From Anaerolineae bacterium (lineage in GTDB: Bacteria > Chloroflexota > Anaerolineae > UBA1429), in the NCBI GenBank assembly GCA_963675785.1, contig OY776562.1:2432001-2496000 (forward strand): DNA of 64,000 nt, in the 5' to 3' direction. The translations under genes were made by a program, and so were the position numbers. Under the pieces are notes generated by a model that saw nothing but the letters and a program-made list of their open reading frames with translations, did no database searches and was not told the origin of the DNA. Each line of letters opens with the position of its first letter. Positions within the stretch are counted from its first letter, which is position 1. Positions 19,964 to 30,001 of this stretch are shown here, in pieces.

Positions 19964-20770
19964 TTATCGCCTCTCTCCGAACAAGCGCCCCACCCAACGC
20001 GAAAGCCGATTGCCGCTGATTTGTTGCTCCAGCGAAGGCAAGCTCTCGGAAGGATCGATGATGCGCCGTGCTGCCTGAGTAAATGCCACGCCAGCCGGAG
20101 ATTTGATAAAGGTCACGGGGCGACCCGTTTTTTCCTGTAGTAGGACATTCTCATCCTCAGGGATGACGGCAAGCAATTCAACCGCAAGAATGCGGCGGAT
20201 ATCATCAAGAGACAACATGCTGTCGTGTTCTGCCAGGTTGGACCTGTAACGGTTAACGAGTAATCGTACGCGCGCGTTCTTTTCAGTTTCTAGAATACCA
20301 ATGACCCGGTCTGCATCTTGGACGGCAGTCAGGCCTGGCGTTGTAACAACTATAAATTCCTCGGCAGGTGCTATGGCATTCCGAAAACCATGTTCAATGC
20401 CGGCAGGACAATCAATCAAGATATAGTCACACTGACCACGCAGCTCATTACATACACGAATAAGGTCCGCCGCGCTGATAGCTGTCTTATCGCGAGTCTG
20501 AGCAGCAGGCAGTAGATAAAGCTCATCTAGCTCTTTATCACGAATAAGAGCCTGCCTAACCCGGCAGCGACCTTCAGCAAAATCAACAATGTCATAGATG
20601 ATGCGATTTTGAAGCCCTAACAAAATGTCGAGATTGCGTAATCCGACATCAGTATCGATAACCACGACCCTCTTACCAAGCAACGCCAAGGCAACACCCA
20701 AACTAGCAGTGCTAGTTGATTTGCCTACTCCCCCCTTGCCGGAGGTCACTGTGATTACACGCGTCTGCAT
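19964..20770 (-). CDS. minD: Septum site-determining ATPase MinD
   Basis: TSGKGGVGKST, DVGLRNLD, IDCPAGIE, C-terminal amphipathic helix. Confidence 0.96.
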   Translation of the reverse strand: MQTRVITVTSGKGGVGKSTSTASLGVALALLGKRVVVIDTDVGLRNLDILLGLQNRIIYDIVDFAEGRCRVRQALIRDKELDELYLLPAAQTRDKTAISAADLIRVCNELRGQCDYILIDCPAGIEHGFRNAIAPAEEFIVVTTPGLTAVQDADRVIGILETEKNARVRLLVNRYRSNLAEHDSMLSLDDIRRILAVELLAVIPEDENVLLQEKTGRPVTFIKSPAGVAFTQAARRIIDPSESLPSLEQQISGNRLSRWVGRLFGERR

Positions 20771-20774
20771 TCGA

Positions 20775-21485
20775 TCACTCCCCCAGCTCTATGCCGTCCC
20801 AGGGTTCAACCACAATCTGGCCCTCTCGAATGCGAGCCATTTCAGGCCCCGTCTTGGTTCGGGCTTTGTGGTTATCGTCTCCTCTAGCAACCAAATCGCC
20901 AATACGGAGCATGAGCGGATTTAGCTCCAGTGCACAAACCACAGCACCCGGCTCACCGCTAATTCCCGCGCAGATCATGCCGTGGGCACGCCCCCAAATA
21001 ATCACGTCAGCCCCAGCCCATATCTCTCCGCTCGGGTTCACGTCGCCCAAAACAACCACAGGGCCTGAATGACGAATGACCTGACCAGAGCGTACTGTTC
21101 GCCGGATATACAAGGCTCCCGATACAGGAACAGCTGTTCTCACAGGCGCCGCAGCCGCCTCTGAATTTTCGCTGGATTTGGCAGCAGTGATTGGGGGCGA
21201 TATCCGCAAACCCATTGCCTGAGCAGCCTCAACCGCACGCTCATCGGAAGCGACAATTGTGCGTAAGGCCATATCGTACTTGTTCAACAATTCGGAAAGC
21301 TTTTCGAGGTCAGATTGGTCAAACGGGCGAGCACCAAGTTGGACGGCTACAGTGCCACCCTTGAAAAAGGCGCCCTGTACTTTGAGGTGTGCGTCCAACT
21401 CTTCGAGCAAATCCTGTATATCGCCTTCTCCAAGCGATACAGTTAGCCCATCTCGGGTGCCCTTGATTGAGATATTCTTACTCAT
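20775..21485 (-). CDS. minC: Septum site-determining protein MinC
   Basis: IKGTRDGL N-terminus; RTVRSGQ, LGDVNPSGE, IIWG beta-helix. Confidence 0.93.
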   Translation of the reverse strand: MSKNISIKGTRDGLTVSLGEGDIQDLLEELDAHLKVQGAFFKGGTVAVQLGARPFDQSDLEKLSELLNKYDMALRTIVASDERAVEAAQAMGLRISPPITAAKSSENSEAAAAPVRTAVPVSGALYIRRTVRSGQVIRHSGPVVVLGDVNPSGEIWAGADVIIWGRAHGMICAGISGEPGAVVCALELNPLMLRIGDLVARGDDNHKARTKTGPEMARIREGQIVVEPWDGIELGE

Positions 21486-21505
21486 CAGGGTCTCCTCAGA
21501 ATGTC

Positions 21506-23464
21506 CTATTCGACGGCTTCTGTCGACTCTGAGGTCGACTCGGAAAGGCCAAAGTAATACATCAAGATATCTCGAGCAACTGGAGCCGCTGTTTGAGAAC
21601 CTTCACCACCGCCAGCGAGAAAGACCACAACCGCTACCTCTGGCTCATCATACGGAGCAAATGCCGTAATCCATGCATGGGTGGGAAGATCGCCATTTTC
21701 ATCGACTATGAGTTCGCCATTTTCATCCAGCGCGGCATACTCGGCAGTGCCTGTTTTTGAAGCAATATCGACACCGGGAATGGCGATGCGATAAGCGGTA
21801 CCTGATAGAACCGCCTGATGCAACCCTTCGCGCACTAATTCGATATGCTCATCAGTAGCCTCAATCTCGCGAATGATCTCTGGCGCTATTTCTTCCACAA
21901 CCTCGCCATTCTCGTCCAGCACTTGATAGACAAGCTGCGGCTGGTATAACGTGCCGCCATTGGCAATGGCTGAGGTAGCGTTCAACAACTGCATGGGGGT
22001 AACCAAGACGTAGCCCTGCCCAATGGCGGCGTTGTAAGTATCCCCCGTAAGCCATTGTTCACCATAATTCTGGCGCTTCCATTTGTCGCCAGGAACCACA
22101 CCGCTAGCCTCAGCAGAAAGTGGAATACCCGTTTTTTCACCAAAACCAAACATCTCGGCAAAGGCAGCCAGCGTCGTCATGCCCATGCCTGTCTGATCTT
22201 CGAATCCGCCGGCAACCTGGTAAAAATAGATGTCACAAGATTGAGCCAGTGCATTAACCAGGCTGATATTCCCATGCCCACTGGTACTCCAGCAATAGAA
22301 CGGTTGAGCCAAGCTCGCATCTTCGGGAAAATACTCGTTGGGCAGGTACATTGTGCCACCACAATAGACTGTCGTGTTAGCGTCAACAACGCCGGATTCA
22401 AGTGCCCCTGTAGCCGTAACGATCTTGAAAGTAGAACCAGGTGGGTAAAGGCCGCTGATTGCATGGTTCACCATCGGGCGTAGCGGATCCTCGCTAAGCA
22501 TAGCATAGTCCGCTATGGAAATGCCGCCCGAAAAGAGGTTATTATCATAACTGGGTAAAGAGACCATAGAGAGAACCTGGCCATTTTGCGGGTTCATAAC
22601 GATGGCCACACCCGTTTCAGAGCCTGTATCAGCCATACCCGCTAAGAGCGCCGTTTCTACCGCCTGCTGCAAGTCCACATCAAGTGTCAAAACCAGATTA
22701 CTACCCTGAACCGCTGCATCCTCTTGAATGAGCTCTACCTGGCGTTCGTAAACGTCCACCTCAACCAGTTTTTCGCCCTTGGCTCCCCTCAACAGGTTCT
22801 CTTGTGTTGCTTCAATACCCGTCAGGCCAACAAGATCATCTGCTTCATAATCGAAATCCGTATCGTCAAGATAATCATCAATATCGTCCGAAGGAATGGA
22901 TCCCACATAGCCAAGAATATGTGCCGTCAACGAACCATAGAGATATTCACGTAGCGCATCGACTTCGATGCCCACACCCGGCAACTCGATATTCTCTTCT
23001 TCGATCATAAAAGCCACTTCACGATCGACATTGGTTGCTACGCGAACGGGTGAATAGGCACTGATAATACGTTCTTCTAGAACACGTTCAATACTGTCGA
23101 CCTCTGGTTCACCATCATCCTGGATGGCTTCCTGACTGATTAGGCCGGGTTTACCCAAAAGATCACCGAGACGCGATAGTACAGCGTCATATTCATCTTC
23201 GTCCTCGGGCAGTCCGGCAGATACAATGGTGACCGAAAAGCTGGGCACGTTTTGAACAAGGAGATTCCCGTTGCGGTCATAAATCACACCACGGGGTGCA
23301 TCAGAAGATAGCAAGCGAAAACGATTCTCATCAGCGACAGCCTGATAACTCTCGTAAGATATAATCTGCAAGTCCCAAAGACGCACCGCCAAGATCACTG
23401 CCAAAAGCACAACAGTAATCTCAAAAAGGGCTATACGAAATTTGGGGCTCCATTCTTTCATCAC
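21506..23464 (-). CDS. mrdA: Penicillin-binding protein 2
   Basis: APRGVIYDRNG, PPGSTFK (SxxK), SCD, KTGTAE. Confidence 0.96.
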   Translation of the reverse strand: MMKEWSPKFRIALFEITVVLLAVILAVRLWDLQIISYESYQAVADENRFRLLSSDAPRGVIYDRNGNLLVQNVPSFSVTIVSAGLPEDEDEYDAVLSRLGDLLGKPGLISQEAIQDDGEPEVDSIERVLEERIISAYSPVRVATNVDREVAFMIEEENIELPGVGIEVDALREYLYGSLTAHILGYVGSIPSDDIDDYLDDTDFDYEADDLVGLTGIEATQENLLRGAKGEKLVEVDVYERQVELIQEDAAVQGSNLVLTLDVDLQQAVETALLAGMADTGSETGVAIVMNPQNGQVLSMVSLPSYDNNLFSGGISIADYAMLSEDPLRPMVNHAISGLYPPGSTFKIVTATGALESGVVDANTTVYCGGTMYLPNEYFPEDASLAQPFYCWSTSGHGNISLVNALAQSCDIYFYQVAGGFEDQTGMGMTTLAAFAEMFGFGEKTGIPLSAEASGVVPGDKWKRQNYGEQWLTGDTYNAAIGQGYVLVTPMQLLNATSAIANGGTLYQPQLVYQVLDENGEVVEEIAPEIIREIEATDEHIELVREGLHQAVLSGTAYRIAIPGVDIASKTGTAEYAALDENGELIVDENGDLPTHAWITAFAPYDEPEVAVVVFLAGGGEGSQTAAPVARDILMYYFGLSESTSESTEAVE

Positions 23465-23985
23465 AGAATCCCCGGCTTTTGAGCCTGCTTACGAAGCGTG
23501 ATGAATGTGCCGATCAAATAAAATAACCCGGCTCCTAGTGTATTGATGATCACCGAAGGGATAATGTAATTCAAAATCAAATCTCCCCAGAGTACCGTAT
23601 GCCCACCTGCCCACAACCAGATCACGATGATTATCTCATAAAGCACCGTAGCCAAACCAACGATGCCAAAAAAGGCCGCTGTAAAACCATCCGAAACGTT
23701 ATGGTCGATGATGCCCGCCAAAAGTGCGGCGGCGGCAAAGGCTGTCATACAAGCTCCAAAGGGTGCTGCTGAAAGCGCATCGCAAATAAAACCGGCCGAT
23801 AAGCCAAAGAGGAGTCCGTCTTCAGAACGGCCAAACCACACCCACACACAAACTGTCATCAAAATAACGTTGGGAACACCACCCAGAATAGATACGCGCG
23901 ATACCCAGCTGGATTGCAGTACGGCAGCAATAACGCCCAAAAGCAGACACAATAATGGATTGACCGAAGCGCGATCTTCCATCAT
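23461..23985 (-). CDS. mreD: Rod shape-determining protein MreD
   Basis: Hydrophobic 174-aa ORF between mreC and mrdA, with PN.IL and G...D motifs. Confidence 0.85.
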   Translation of the reverse strand: MMEDRASVNPLLCLLLGVIAAVLQSSWVSRVSILGGVPNVILMTVCVWVWFGRSEDGLLFGLSAGFICDALSAAPFGACMTAFAAAALLAGIIDHNVSDGFTAAFFGIVGLATVLYEIIIVIWLWAGGHTVLWGDLILNYIIPSVIINTLGAGLFYLIGTFITLRKQAQKPGIL

Positions 23986-23990
23986 TAACG

Positions 23991-24827
23991 CTACTCTTCT
24001 TCCAACTCATCAAGCATAGTCGAGTCAAAGTTCGTGATCACCATGACACTTTCGAGGTCAAAAAGGTTCACAGAAGGAACCAGTGTGGCGGTTTGAAACA
24101 TGTCGATATCCTGCCGCGAAACCTCGATGATTTGCCCAATAACAAGCCCTTTGGGAAAGACAGAGCCCAATCCAGAGGTGAGTACCACATCGCCTTCGGT
24201 AATTGTATCTTCCTGGGGGATATAGCGCATGACCAAATAATGCCCGGTTTCGCCTTCTACAAGTCCGCTAGAGCGAGAGCTCTGTACAATGCCGGTGACT
24301 GAACTAGAAGGATCGGTAATCAGCATAATGCGTGAAGATGCCTGGGCGACTTGGGAGACACGGCCTATAAGCCCTTCTGGTGCAACCACGGGCATGCCAA
24401 CTTGTAAACCATCTTGACTACCGCGATCGATAATCAGGTAATCGAGTTCGCCCACAGGATCTTTGCCGATTACCTCAGCAGAAAGCAATGTATAGCTCGG
24501 CGAAGTATTCTTATAGTCCAACTGTTCGCGGAGCGACTCGTTCTCAAGCTCAGCTTCCTGGAGGAGGATGATCTGGGCGCGCAACTGAGCGATCTCATCC
24601 TCGGCTGCGCGAAGCTGTTCTCTTAATGATTCTTCTGATACAAACGCACCAGAAATCTCTCCTGGCGTAGGAGAGATAGCGTTTGCAGAATATTGTAGCG
24701 GGGCAATGATGGTCGATACAAGGTCGCTGAGTGGATTAGAAATACCCAACTGATCAAGGATAAACCAAGAAAAGGCCAGCAAACAAAGGATAATGATAAG
24801 GATAGCTGGTCCGCGTTTCCACTTCAC
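23991..24827 (-). CDS. mreC: Rod shape-determining protein MreC
   Basis: TM helix, coiled coil, IDRGSQDG, GLIGRV, VLTSGLGSVFPKGL.IG. Confidence 0.95.
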   Translation of the reverse strand: MKWKRGPAILIIILCLLAFSWFILDQLGISNPLSDLVSTIIAPLQYSANAISPTPGEISGAFVSEESLREQLRAAEDEIAQLRAQIILLQEAELENESLREQLDYKNTSPSYTLLSAEVIGKDPVGELDYLIIDRGSQDGLQVGMPVVAPEGLIGRVSQVAQASSRIMLITDPSSSVTGIVQSSRSSGLVEGETGHYLVMRYIPQEDTITEGDVVLTSGLGSVFPKGLVIGQIIEVSRQDIDMFQTATLVPSVNLFDLESVMVITNFDSTMLDELEEE

Positions 24828-24845
24828 CTAGGGCCCCTTACAAAC

Positions 24846-25907
24846 TCAAGACGAAAGACGCCCGCGTCGTGCCGAAGAGAGCACCTTATGGTAACGGTCC
24901 AGATCGGCCACGATGATGCCGGCACCGCGTACTACGCATGTCACCGGATCGTCAGCGCGATACACGCGCATATGGGTCTCTTCCGAAAGGCGCTCGGGCA
25001 AACCCTGCAGCAGTGACCCACCACCGGCCAGTGCAATTCCTTGTTCCATCAGGTCAGCCACCAGCTCGGGGGGCGTCTCATCAAGTGTAGCCTTGACCGC
25101 ATCAACAATCACTTGTACCGGTCCTGAAAGCGCTTCGCGCATCTCTACGCTGCTAACTTCGACAGAATCCGGTAGGCCTGTGATGAGGTTACGTCCACGA
25201 ATGGTAATGGTTTGCTCGGTTTCCAAAGGGAATGCAGAACCAATTGCCACCTTGGTGCGTTCTGCCATACGTTCGCCAATGAGGAGGCTATACTTTTGAC
25301 GCGCATAGCGGATGATTTCTTCATCCATCTCATCGCCGCCTACACGGATAGAACGGCTTACGACGATACCACCAAGGCTCAAAACAGCTACTTCGGTAGT
25401 GCCGCCGCCGATATCGACGATCATGCTACCCACCGAATCCTCAATGGGCAGGCCTGCACCAATGGCCGCAGCCATAGGTTCCTCAACGGGATAGGCAGCG
25501 CGGGCGCCAGCATTGAGAGAAGCTTCGCGTACGGCTCTGTATTCCACTTCGGTGACGCCGCTGGGCAGCCCAATGACGACACGAGGTTTGGCGATGTGTA
25601 AGAAACTATTCCCATGCACTTTTTGAATGAAATAACGAATCATCTTTTCGGTGATGTCGAAATCCGAGATAACGCCATCCCGAAGCGGACGAATGGCTAC
25701 GATGTTGGCCGGTGTTCGCCCAATCATTTCCTTAGCCTCTGCGCCGATGGAAAGGACGCGTTTCGTATTCTGATCAACCGCCACCACAGAAGGCTCATTG
25801 ATGACGATTCCCTGTCCGCGGACAGCAACCAGAATCGTAGCGGTACCAAGATCGATACCGATATCTCGAGAAAACAAACCCATAAAGGCCCCAAAGGGAT
25901 TAAACAT
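24846..25907 (-). CDS. mreB: Actin-like MreB
   Basis: IGIDLGT, EPSVVA, RPLRDGVI, EPMAAAIGAG, DIGGGTTEVA. Confidence 0.98.
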   Translation of the reverse strand: MFNPFGAFMGLFSRDIGIDLGTATILVAVRGQGIVINEPSVVAVDQNTKRVLSIGAEAKEMIGRTPANIVAIRPLRDGVISDFDITEKMIRYFIQKVHGNSFLHIAKPRVVIGLPSGVTEVEYRAVREASLNAGARAAYPVEEPMAAAIGAGLPIEDSVGSMIVDIGGGTTEVAVLSLGGIVVSRSIRVGGDEMDEEIIRYARQKYSLLIGERMAERTKVAIGSAFPLETEQTITIRGRNLITGLPDSVEVSSVEMREALSGPVQVIVDAVKATLDETPPELVADLMEQGIALAGGGSLLQGLPERLSEETHMRVYRADDPVTCVVRGAGIIVADLDRYHKVLSSARRGRLSS

Positions 25908-25950
25908 TGAGCGTAAGCTCCCTCATAAATTTTTGTGAGCAACGCTTGCG

Positions 25951-25959
25951 ATTATACCA
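25951..25959 (-). promoter_or_regulatory. Extended -10 promoter of the mre operon
   Basis: Minus strand TGGTATAAT about 45 nt upstream of mreB. Confidence 0.6.
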
Positions 25960-26031
25960 CAACTGCTAGGGGCTCAAAAGAACTCCTCAGTAGTTATGTA
26001 GCGCAGCAAGCAATACTCTTTTAGAATGGTG

Positions 26032-26040
26032 TGCTATAAT
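26032..26040 (+). promoter_or_regulatory. Extended -10 promoter of the glycan operon
   Basis: TGCTATAAT; implies the true start is ATG 26071 rather than 26026. Confidence 0.6.
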
Positions 26041-26070
26041 TTGCAAGTCAAACTCGCAGAAAGGCCTGGC

Positions 26071-29004
26071 ATGTTAGCACAGGGTCATCGTAAAACGCTG
26101 AGTGTGTTGTTGCGGTTCCTCATATCCACAATCATTTTTCTCATAGCGACCTTGCTCATCTATGACAATGTGAGCCTTAATCATGCAATCACTCGCGGCA
26201 TTGAAACCGGGAACAAGGTCAAGGTTCAGCCAATTGCCAGCCCATCATTGGGCACAGACCTCAATCTCTCTACAGAGGCTAACACGGCAGAGATAAAAAC
26301 AGCAATCGCCAGAGTAGCCGACGCCGGGCTCACCGGCTTTTGTCAGATATTCGCCTGGGATACCCTCGAACCACAACAAGGCGTCTATGATTGGGCCTTT
26401 AGCGATACGGTCGTTCAAGCTGCCAGTGAAAATGGTTTGCAGGTTATCGCCATCCTCAACCGCTCTCCCCAATGGGCTCGTAGCGATTGGAACAGCGATA
26501 ATGTTTATGCGCCACCCGCAGATATGAACGACTATGCGGCCTTTTGCGCGGCCTTTGCCGAACGTTATGCTGGCGACATCGCTGGCTACCAAATCTGGGA
26601 TCAACCAAACATCTACCCCAACTGGGGCAACGGCACAGTCGAGCCAAACGAGTACGTAGAGATGTTGGCTACGGCCTCACCAGCTATTCGAGAAGCTGCT
26701 CCGGGGGCGGTCATCATCGGCGGTGGGCTGGCTCCTAACACCGAATCCGGCGGAACCAACCTTTCGGATATCACCTACCTCCAAGAGATCTATCGACGGG
26801 GCGCTGGGGATTACATCGACGTACTGGGCGTCAAGGCCTATGGCTTTTGGAGCGGGCCTTATGATCGCACCACCGACGAGCAGACCCTCAACTTTTCGCG
26901 CTTGGTGCTCTTGCGCGAAGAGATGGTCAGCCGCGGAGACGCAGACAAGCCCATTTGGATTTTGGGCGGTGGCTGGGTTGCTCAAGAAGATGATTATGTT
27001 GGAGAGCCTTCTCCCATCGGCGCTGATTCATACTTGATACAAAGTCAGCGGCTTGAGCAGGCCATTGAACGCATTCGCGAAGAGTGGCCCTGGGTGGGCT
27101 ATGCCTGCCTGCAAACCGCGCAACACTATGGCTCAGCTGATGATCCATTGCAGGGCTTGGCTTTGTTTAGCCGCAACGGTTCGCGCACGCTCCTCGGCAA
27201 TGCCCTTGTTGCCGCAGTAAGGCCACAGCAAACACTCTATCCGGGTCTCACCCTGCCCTCTGATATCTATCTCGATGAAAACCTGACTGGCGAGATGGCC
27301 GAAGCCACGTTGTACGGCAGCGGCATCTGGCTGCAAATGGATTCATCCTATACTGGCGGCCTTTCTGTACTGGTGGATGAACGCCATACCGCCACCGAGA
27401 TCAATCCGCCGACACGAGACGACGGCTGGGTGCGCGTTACCTCGGGTATGTCGCTCCGCAAGCACACACTAGTATTTTACGGTGACACTGAGGCTCGTAG
27501 TGCCATCCTGGCCATTCGTGTATCCAATAGTTATGTCAATATCCGCGAGACGATTACCCTGGCCCTTGGCGTCGTGATCGCGATCTGGCAGGCCGTGCTG
27601 GCCGTGTTCGCAGCCAAAGAACTGCCCTGGAAGCGCGTCTGGCAAAAACTCTTGGCCTTGTGGCAAAAGTTGCCTGAAAGTCTGCAATGGGGACTACAGA
27701 TCATCCTGGCAATAGCCATTTTAGCCCTCTCCAATAGTTGGCTGGCGCTGCTGGCCGTCATCTGTTACGGCATCACTGCCCTATTCAGCCCCTGGAAGGC
27801 CACCTGCCTGGCCGCTGCAGCCATACCCTTTGCTCCACTTGGCAGTGGATTGATGGTGGGCCAGTTCGGCATTACGGAAATCACCGTGCTTGTAGCACTG
27901 GCCGCTTGGAGTTGGAATGCTTTACTAGGCAGCATCCAAATAACATGGAAGGGATTCCACCAATTCAAAACCATGGACTGGTTGGTCTTTGTCCTGGTGG
28001 CAATAGCGGCCATAAGCGCCATCCTGGCTGAGTATCAGCACGTGGCTCTACGTGAATTCCGAGTAACCATCGCCGAATCGGCCATCCTCTATGCACTCAT
28101 CCGTCTGCAACGGCACAAGACGACCAAGAGCCTGCTGCTCATTGACATCCTTTGGGGAGTCGGCACACTGGTAGCGCTCTACGCCCTGGCCATCTATCCC
28201 ACATCAGGGGGCGTCATCGAGGCCGAGGGCGTGCGTCGAGCACGAGCCTTTTACGGTTCGCCCAACAATCTGGCTCTGGTGATGGAACGCCTCTGGCCAT
28301 TGGGATTGGCCATGGCCCTGTGGGGCAAAACCAAATGGCGTCGCTGGGCCTATGGACTTTCCAGTGGATTGATGCTCATTGTCTTGTTGCTGACATTCTC
28401 CAGGGGGGCCATCTTTTTCGCTCTACCCGCTGCAGCGCTGGTGCTGGCCCTCTCGCTCAACAAACGTTGGCGAACCATCTTGCTTGTCGGCCTAATAGTG
28501 CTCATCATTGCTGCCATACCCATCATTGGCACCGAACGTTTGACGACCATGCTCGACCCGCAAGGCGGCACCACCGGCCTGCGCGTCTCCTTGTGGCAAG
28601 CCTCGCTAAAGATGCTCAAGGACCATCCCATTCTGGGCATTGGGCCGGATAACTTTTTGTACTATTACGGCGATTACATCCTAGAATCGGCCATGATCGA
28701 TCCCAACCTCTCGCATCCGCACAACCTGCTGTTGGACTTTTGGCTGAGGCTGGGCATTCTGGGGCCGGTGCTGCTCATCGCCATATTGGTTACCTTTGTA
28801 AGAACAGTTCGCAAAAAGCTGCCGGGAACCCACGGTGACCATTACGCCGTCATTATAGGGCTATCTTCAGGGCTGGCCGCAGCGGTGATGCATGGCCTGG
28901 GAGATTCCTTCTTCTTTGTCACTGAACTGGCTCTGTGGACCATGTTGCTGCTGGCCTGGGTAACCAACGAAAATGAGAACAATGGCGAACAGCAAGAACT
29001 TTGA
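26071..29004 (+). CDS. Fusion protein: N-terminal TM, clan GH-A-like barrel with degenerate catalytic motifs, beta-rich linker, O-antigen ligase (Wzy_C)-family membrane domain
   Basis: FAWDTLEPQQGVYDW, QIWDQPN and KPIWILGGGW in the barrel; RARAFYGSPNNLA, TFSRGA, HPILGIGPDNF and HPHNLLLD in the C-terminal half. Confidence 0.85.
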   Translation: MLAQGHRKTLSVLLRFLISTIIFLIATLLIYDNVSLNHAITRGIETGNKVKVQPIASPSLGTDLNLSTEANTAEIKTAIARVADAGLTGFCQIFAWDTLEPQQGVYDWAFSDTVVQAASENGLQVIAILNRSPQWARSDWNSDNVYAPPADMNDYAAFCAAFAERYAGDIAGYQIWDQPNIYPNWGNGTVEPNEYVEMLATASPAIREAAPGAVIIGGGLAPNTESGGTNLSDITYLQEIYRRGAGDYIDVLGVKAYGFWSGPYDRTTDEQTLNFSRLVLLREEMVSRGDADKPIWILGGGWVAQEDDYVGEPSPIGADSYLIQSQRLEQAIERIREEWPWVGYACLQTAQHYGSADDPLQGLALFSRNGSRTLLGNALVAAVRPQQTLYPGLTLPSDIYLDENLTGEMAEATLYGSGIWLQMDSSYTGGLSVLVDERHTATEINPPTRDDGWVRVTSGMSLRKHTLVFYGDTEARSAILAIRVSNSYVNIRETITLALGVVIAIWQAVLAVFAAKELPWKRVWQKLLALWQKLPESLQWGLQIILAIAILALSNSWLALLAVICYGITALFSPWKATCLAAAAIPFAPLGSGLMVGQFGITEITVLVALAAWSWNALLGSIQITWKGFHQFKTMDWLVFVLVAIAAISAILAEYQHVALREFRVTIAESAILYALIRLQRHKTTKSLLLIDILWGVGTLVALYALAIYPTSGGVIEAEGVRRARAFYGSPNNLALVMERLWPLGLAMALWGKTKWRRWAYGLSSGLMLIVLLLTFSRGAIFFALPAAALVLALSLNKRWRTILLVGLIVLIIAAIPIIGTERLTTMLDPQGGTTGLRVSLWQASLKMLKDHPILGIGPDNFLYYYGDYILESAMIDPNLSHPHNLLLDFWLRLGILGPVLLIAILVTFVRTVRKKLPGTHGDHYAVIIGLSSGLAAAVMHGLGDSFFFVTELALWTMLLLAWVTNENENNGEQQEL

Positions 29005-29052
29005 CACCGCCCTAGCCTACCTTATACTCGATACACTGGAGAAAGACTGAAC

Positions 29053-29997
29053 ATGAGGATTCTCATCACGGGTGGAGCCGGTTTCATCGGCTCGCATCTC
29101 TGTGATCTTTTGATAACAAAAGGCCACACCCTTGTCGTCGTGGATGATTTCAGCACCGGAAGCCGGGCCAATGTCCAACACCTCGCCCAGTCGGAGGTTT
29201 TTACGCTGGTCGAGCAGGATGTGGTGGCTCAACCCATCGTCATGGACGGCCCACTAGATGCTGTCATTCACCTGGCTTCACTACCCAGCCCGGTAGACTA
29301 TCTCGGTAATCCCGTACAAACCCTGCTCACCGGCTCTACCGGCACCCATCATGCACTTGAGCTGGCACGCGCCAAGGGTGCCCGCTTTTTGCTGGCCTCC
29401 ACGTCCGAGGTTTACGGCGATCCGCTGGTCCATCCCCAAACGGAAAGCTATTGGGGCAACGTGAATCCCATCGGCCCCCGCGGCGTCTATGATGAGTCCA
29501 AGCGCTTTGCTGAGGCTATGACCATGGCCTATTACACCAAATACGACCTGGATATCCATATCGCTCGCATATTCAACACCTATGGCCCGCGCATGCGTTT
29601 GAACGATGGCCGAGTGGTGCCCAACTTTTGCCGGCAGGCCTTGCGCAACGAGCCGCTGACCGTGTTTGATGACGGCAGCCGTACGCGCAGCTTTTGCTAT
29701 GTCAGCGACCTGGTACGCGGCCTGTACGCCCTGCTGCTTTCAGAGGTGCACGAACCGGTCAATTTGGGCAATCCCCAAGAGATGAGCATTTTGGAATTCG
29801 CTCAGCTCGTCATCGAACTCGCCCATTCGCAATCCGAGATCGCCTTTTCGGCGGCCGACGGCGACCGTACCACCGATGATCCCAAGACCAGGCAACCGGA
29901 CATCACCCGCGCCAAAGAGATGCTGGGCTGGGAGCCCCAAGTAAGTGTACGAGAGGGTATCGCCACTGCCCTAGCCTGGTTCGCAGAAAGGGTTTAG
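29053..29997 (+). CDS. UDP-glucuronate decarboxylase (UDP-xylose synthase)-like SDR
   Basis: [62 protein letters not shown]. Confidence 0.9.
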   Translation: MRILITGGAGFIGSHLCDLLITKGHTLVVVDDFSTGSRANVQHLAQSEVFTLVEQDVVAQPIVMDGPLDAVIHLASLPSPVDYLGNPVQTLLTGSTGTHHALELARAKGARFLLASTSEVYGDPLVHPQTESYWGNVNPIGPRGVYDESKRFAEAMTMAYYTKYDLDIHIARIFNTYGPRMRLNDGRVVPNFCRQALRNEPLTVFDDGSRTRSFCYVSDLVRGLYALLLSEVHEPVNLGNPQEMSILEFAQLVIELAHSQSEIAFSAADGDRTTDDPKTRQPDITRAKEMLGWEPQVSVREGIATALAWFAERV

Positions 29998-30001
29998 CTG
30001 G

